Shown here: in pieces, positions 59,589 through 64,000 of the stretch
How the letters are laid out: each line of letters opens with the position of its first letter
Position numbering within the stretch: the first letter of the stretch is position 1
Source: an uncultured bacterium
Lineage (GTDB): Bacteria > Actinomycetota > Acidimicrobiia > Spongiisociales > UBA5794
Reading direction: 5' to 3'
Length of the DNA stretch: 64,000 bases
Assembly: GCA_963801165.1 (NCBI GenBank)
Contig: CAWDDT010000009.1
Location: 384,001 to 448,000 of the forward strand
The notes under the pieces: generated by a model
Seen by the model: the letters and a program-made list of their open reading frames with translations, nothing else
Databases searched by the model: none
What the model was told of the DNA's origin: nothing
Position numbers and translations under genes: made by a program

Positions 59589-60740
59589 ATGTCGCTTCGA
59601 CACCGCCCGGGACGACCGAGACCGTGGCAGGCGCGTTTCCGAGGTCCAGACGGGCGGGAGCGAACCGCAAGCTTTCGCCTGAAGAAGGACGCCGAACGGT
59701 GGATCCGGGAACAAGGCGCCACCTTGGATCGTGGCGTTTGGGTCGACCCGGTCCTCGGTCGGGTCACCGTTGCTGAATGGGCGGACCGGTGGTTGGCGAC
59801 GACCGTGCATCTGAAACCAAAGACGGCCGAGGGCTACGAGTCGCTGCTTCGGGTTCACGTGCTGCCAGTGTTCGGACACCTGGAGCTTGCTTCGGTCGAT
59901 CGGGTCGCAGTGCGACGCTGGGTCGCCGAACTGGAGTCCTCGGGTCTCTCTCCTTCTCGGATACGCCAGGCTCGTCAGGTGTTCGGGGCGGTGCTGGGCG
60001 CCGCCGTCGACGCTGGATATCTCGGTCGTAACCCGGCGAAAGGGGTGAAGGTGCCCCGTGATCGTCGCCGTGAGATGCTGTTCCTCAACGCCGGCCAGGT
60101 CGAGGATCTCGCCGCAGCAGCCGGCGAATGGTCAACCCTCATCTACCTGCTGGCATACGGCGGTCCTCGCTGGGGAGAGGCGGTGGCGCTGCGCCGCTCT
60201 CGATGCGATCTGCTGCGGTCCCGCCTTCACATCACCGAGTCGGCCTCCGAGGCAGGCGGTCGCCTTGTCTTCGGACCGACGAAGACCTACGACGACCGCA
60301 CCATCATCATCCCCGGGTTCCTGAGGAGCCTCCTCGCCGAGCACCTCGCCACCCAGACCGGACCCCAGGAGTCGGCGTTGGTGTTCACCGCACCCGAGGG
60401 CGGTCCGCTCCGACACGCCAACTTCTACAAGCGGGTGTGGCGCCCGGCGAAACAAGCAGCAGGTGTGCCGGAGGATCTGAGGATTCATGATCTTCGCCAT
60501 ACCTGCGCCGCTCTGCTGATCGCCCAGGGTGCGTCCCCCAAAGCGATCCAGGCGCACCTCGGCCATTCATCGATTCAGGTCACTTTCGACCGCTACGGGC
60601 ACCTGTTTCCCGAGGATCTCGAGGACCTCGCCGCCCGACTCGACGCGGCACGTGAAATCAGCCGCGCGGACCATACGCGGACCAAACGCGGACCGGAGGT
60701 TTTGGAGCTGCCTGCTGAGAGGCCGGAAACCGCTCTCTGA
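59589..60740 (+). CDS. Tyrosine recombinase / integrase
   Basis: GPRWGE, PTKT, IHDLRHT, LGHSSIQVTFDRYGH; abuts tRNA 3' end. Confidence 0.96.
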   Translation: MSLRHRPGRPRPWQARFRGPDGRERTASFRLKKDAERWIREQGATLDRGVWVDPVLGRVTVAEWADRWLATTVHLKPKTAEGYESLLRVHVLPVFGHLELASVDRVAVRRWVAELESSGLSPSRIRQARQVFGAVLGAAVDAGYLGRNPAKGVKVPRDRRREMLFLNAGQVEDLAAAAGEWSTLIYLLAYGGPRWGEAVALRRSRCDLLRSRLHITESASEAGGRLVFGPTKTYDDRTIIIPGFLRSLLAEHLATQTGPQESALVFTAPEGGPLRHANFYKRVWRPAKQAAGVPEDLRIHDLRHTCAALLIAQGASPKAIQAHLGHSSIQVTFDRYGHLFPEDLEDLAARLDAAREISRADHTRTKRGPEVLELPAERPETAL

Positions 60741-60756
60741 CAAGGGATTTGAGAGG

Positions 60757-60829
60757 TGGGCCCGGTGGGAATCGAACCCACGACCTTCGGATTAAAAGTC
60801 CGCTGCTCTGCCTATTGAGCTACAGGCCC
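60757..60829 (-). tRNA. tRNA-Lys(TTT)
   Basis: Reverse complement GGGCCTGTAGCTCAATAGG...CTTTTAA...GGTTCGATTCC...CGGGCCCA. Confidence 0.97.
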
Positions 60830-60893
60830 GCAGAGACGTTACCAGCGTTGTGGCGGCTGCCCACAGCCGGGGGCGGGGCGTCTTGTCGTGACG

Positions 60894-61592
60894 CTACAAG
60901 CGATGTACCGGCAGAACGTCCGCCGGGATCTCTCCGAACACGTCTTGAAGCACCCGGGGCGGCGCGGTCTCCTTGGTCAGTCGGGCGTCCTGAATCCGGT
61001 CGAGTCGGAACACGCGCCCGTCTTTGCGTAGACGACACCAAGCAAACACGAGCCAGCGGTCACGATCACGGCCCATCGCCATTGGCTCGATGGCCCTCCG
61101 TGTCAGCTCTCCCTGCCCGTCCACGTAGTCGATGTTAACTACCCTGCCCGTCCGGACCGCATCTCCCATGACCTGCATCGCCCGTGTCGAAGGCTCGACT
61201 TGAACGTCCCGCACGTACACGCGATCGGCTTCTTCCTCGAATCGCCGACGTGTGCTCTCGTCCATGGTCGCCAGGATCTTGTTGAGCGCGGTACGCCCCT
61301 GTGGCTCGAACGGCAGCCCGCCTCCTACCGCAAGCGCCACTGCAAGGGCGAGCACCTCGCCCGTCGTGAAGGCGATCGGCGGTAGCGTCGCGGTGCTATT
61401 CAGCACGTATCCCCCGCCCGGCCCGATGGACGTCCAGATCGGCAGGCCGGCCTGCTGGAGCGCCGACACGTCCCTCTTGATCGTACGTTCCGACACCTCG
61501 AACCTGCCGGCGAGACGTGTCGAGGAGAGGGGTCGCTCACCTGCTGCCCGGAGCTCCTCGACTATGGCGTAGAGGCGGTCGGTGCGATTCAT
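60894..61592 (-). CDS. YafY-like HTH-WYL transcriptional regulator
   Basis: MNRTDRLYAI, FEVSERTIKRD, GPGGGY, WLVFAWCRLRKDGRVFRLDRI. Confidence 0.93.
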   Translation of the reverse strand: MNRTDRLYAIVEELRAAGERPLSSTRLAGRFEVSERTIKRDVSALQQAGLPIWTSIGPGGGYVLNSTATLPPIAFTTGEVLALAVALAVGGGLPFEPQGRTALNKILATMDESTRRRFEEEADRVYVRDVQVEPSTRAMQVMGDAVRTGRVVNIDYVDGQGELTRRAIEPMAMGRDRDRWLVFAWCRLRKDGRVFRLDRIQDARLTKETAPPRVLQDVFGEIPADVLPVHRL

Positions 61593-61648
61593 CAGAATCT
61601 CCAAAAGGGTGACATAACGGTGGCAGCGTGTCATCGCACAATAGAGCC

Positions 61649-62509
61649 ATGGAACAGACAACACACCATCTCATCAAACGATCTGACGGCGGCGATCTGT
61701 CGATCTGGACCATCGGTCCCGACAGTGGCACGCCGCTGGTCCTCTGTCATCCCGCCCCGGGATCGGGTCTGTTCGACCCCGATCCGGTGGCCACCGCGGA
61801 GGCAGGGATCCGAATCATCGCCCCGGATCGTCAGGGCTACGGTGCATCGAGCCGCTCGGCCTCGCCGGCAACGATTGCGGAGGCCGGTCGTGACGTCATG
61901 GCTGCGCTCGACCACTTCGACGTGTCCCGAGCCGCCGTCGCCGGATGGTCTGCGGGCGGTCGGGTGGCGATGTGGGTCGCCGCACATCACCCGGACCGCA
62001 TCCACTCGCTTGCGATTGTGGCAACGCCGGCCCCACACGAGGACGTGCCGTGGATCCCGGCGGAACAGGTTGCGCTGATCGATGCAATGCGGGCCGACCC
62101 GGCTACCGCGATCGATCAGATGGTGGCGATGTTCGCGCCCATGGTGACCGATCCATCGGTCCGCAGGAGCTTTCTCGCGCCGAGCCCGGCCGACACCCTG
62201 GCAGTAGAGGCCGACCCGGGTCTCCGTGCTCGCGTCGAGGCCATGCTGGACGAAGCATTCCGGCAAGGGGCATTGGGGATGGCAGCAGACATCGCCTCGT
62301 ACACGATGGCCGGATGGGGGTTCGATCCATCCAAGATCGCAGCCCCGACGGTCGCATACAGCGGATCCGAAGACGTGGTCGTCCCGCCGGCGCACGGCGA
62401 GTGGTACACAGAAAGAATCCCACGGGCGCGGCACGTTGTGGAGACAGGGGCCGGGCACCTCGTGATTGCCCGGGTCTGGCCGAGAATCGTCGAGCACCTC
62501 CCAGGCTGA
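61649..62509 (+). CDS. Alpha/beta hydrolase
   Basis: PDRQGYGAS, GWSAGG, D..VP, GAGH. Confidence 0.9.
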   Translation: MEQTTHHLIKRSDGGDLSIWTIGPDSGTPLVLCHPAPGSGLFDPDPVATAEAGIRIIAPDRQGYGASSRSASPATIAEAGRDVMAALDHFDVSRAAVAGWSAGGRVAMWVAAHHPDRIHSLAIVATPAPHEDVPWIPAEQVALIDAMRADPATAIDQMVAMFAPMVTDPSVRRSFLAPSPADTLAVEADPGLRARVEAMLDEAFRQGALGMAADIASYTMAGWGFDPSKIAAPTVAYSGSEDVVVPPAHGEWYTERIPRARHVVETGAGHLVIARVWPRIVEHLPG

Positions 62510-62635
62510 GCTCACGATCTGCACAGCCTGACCCACGTCACGTCATCCCGCATTGTACGGTGCGTAGCAGTGCCTTACGATGGCACAGTGAGCATGTACC
62601 CACCCCATAACGACCCGGCGCCTTGCTCCGGTACG

Positions 62636-63070
62636 GTGTCACGTCTTCGCTCTCAGGCAGGGTCCGTCACCATCTGGGGGATCGGGCTGACGCTGGTGAT
62701 CGCCGCCTTTGCCGGAATCGTCATCGACACGTGGCGGGTGTTCGCCGTGCGTCAGGATCTCTCGGGGATGGCCGACGCAGCCGCCATCGCCGGGGCGACG
62801 GCCATCGACATCGATTATCTCAACGAGACGGGCGAGGTCATCCTCGACGGCCCTGAGGCGGAGGCCCGGGCGCTCGAGTATCTGCAGCGTCAGGACGGAT
62901 GGTCAGCCGAGATCACCTACGCCATCGTCGCCGCCGGCGACGGGTCCGAGCTCACGGTGACGCTCGACGAGGACGTGGATTTCACCCTCGTTGGGGCGCT
63001 GCTCCCCGGCGAGGAGCCGTTCCATATCGCGGTGACATCACTTGCCTCTCCCAACGTGGTAGGGCCGTAG
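62636..63070 (+). CDS. TadG-like pseudopilin
   Basis: QAGSVTIW cleavage-like site, TM helix, ADAAAIAGA; start approximate. Confidence 0.8.
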   Translation: MSRLRSQAGSVTIWGIGLTLVIAAFAGIVIDTWRVFAVRQDLSGMADAAAIAGATAIDIDYLNETGEVILDGPEAEARALEYLQRQDGWSAEITYAIVAAGDGSELTVTLDEDVDFTLVGALLPGEEPFHIAVTSLASPNVVGP

Positions 63071-63112
63071 GCCCGTCCCGTGCCCGGGCGACAAGCGATA
63101 GCCTTGCTTTCC

Positions 63113-64000
63113 ATGATTCGGTTTGGGATCTCGCGCATGCCACCCGAGGGCGTCGAGCACGGAGATTGGCTCGACTCACTGCTTGCTCGCGGGCACAACG
63201 CCGTCGAGCTGCCCTTTGTCACCGGATTCCCCTGGAAGGAGAAACAGTGCGCCCGGTTCGGGGAGCTGGCCGCCGACCGCGGGATCGCCGTGTCGGTGCA
63301 CGCCCCATACTTTGCCGTCCTCACAGTCGATGACCCCGAGAAGCGGGGCAAGACACTATCCGCGCTGGAGCACACGATGAAGCTGGGCCGGGAGCTGGGC
63401 GCCCACACCATCGTGGCGCACACCGGCCACGTCAAGGACCGCAGCCCCGAGGAGCTGCATGCGCTGGTCGCCGACGGGCTGAGCACCATCGAGCCCAAGG
63501 TGCGGCACCTCGGCGTCGCCCTCGGGTTGGAGACAGCAGGCAGCGACCGTGCCTTCGGCTCGCTCGGCGACATCGCCCTCATCGCCAAGGAGTTCTCTTT
63601 CGTGCGTCCGGTCATCGACTGGGCACACGTCCACGCCAAGTCCGGTGGCGGTCTCACCAGCCGAGACGCCTTTCTGTCCGTGATCGCGTTCCTTCGTAGT
63701 GAGTTCCCCGGCTGGGCAATAGACCCGCTCCACACCCAGTTCACCGACAACGAGTTCGGAGTGCACGGGGAGATCCGACATCTCCCGTACGGTGAGGGGT
63801 CGCTACGGGCCAACCTTCTCGGCGAAGCCGCCGCAGCCGCAGGACTGCGCATGATCGTCATCTCCGAGGCCCGGGAGGAAGCGAGTCACGATCTGATCCA
63901 GAAGGATCTGTTCGCCGGCGTGGCCGCTGTCCGGCCGACCGCCGCCGAGGACGGCGAGCCGCTCGCCGATGCCGACATCGAGTTCCCAGACCCGATTCGG
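63113..64000 (+). CDS. Endonuclease IV-like TIM barrel protein (runs off the window)
   Basis: MIRFG, SVHAPYF, VAHTG, GLETAG..AFGSL, IDWAHVHA, GEIRH, VISE. Confidence 0.85.
   Translation, partial: MIRFGISRMPPEGVEHGDWLDSLLARGHNAVELPFVTGFPWKEKQCARFGELAADRGIAVSVHAPYFAVLTVDDPEKRGKTLSALEHTMKLGRELGAHTIVAHTGHVKDRSPEELHALVADGLSTIEPKVRHLGVALGLETAGSDRAFGSLGDIALIAKEFSFVRPVIDWAHVHAKSGGGLTSRDAFLSVIAFLRSEFPGWAIDPLHTQFTDNEFGVHGEIRHLPYGEGSLRANLLGEAAAAAGLRMIVISEAREEASHDLIQKDLFAGVAAVRPTAAEDGEPLADADIEFPDPIR

Larger units (their letters stand above)
42581..60802. mobile_element. Integrative mobilisable element at tRNA-Lys(TTT), about 18 kb
   Basis: Flanking att repeats, tyrosine integrase, excisionase, MobF relaxase; no T4SS genes. 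Confidence 0.9.

Overview
High-GC actinobacterial chromosome segment; gene content and style suggest Acidimicrobiia (inference). Positions 1-25 kb are mostly core genes: a tRNA-Glu/Asp/Phe cluster, acs, dps plus a Fur-family regulator, a phosphomutase, fbaB, ATP-type pckA, two DivIVA-domain paralogues, a heliorhodopsin, serB-serA-aminotransferase, an unknown gene behind a LexA box, and an LCP protein. Positions 25-60.8 kb are accessory DNA downstream of tRNA-Lys(TTT). This part holds a dual-HEPN + START/lipase operon, four ECF sigma/anti-sigma pairs, two paralogous secreted-protein/partner pairs, and an ~18 kb integrative mobilisable element (integrase, excisionase, MobF relaxase) inserted in tandem next to remnants of related elements. 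It also holds an IS110 nested in an IS3 nested in an IS481. The IS110 non-coding end reads as a bridge RNA whose target guide matches the conserved 'YDNA' codons of the IS3 transposase it interrupts. All calls come from reading the sequence by eye; no database searches were run.
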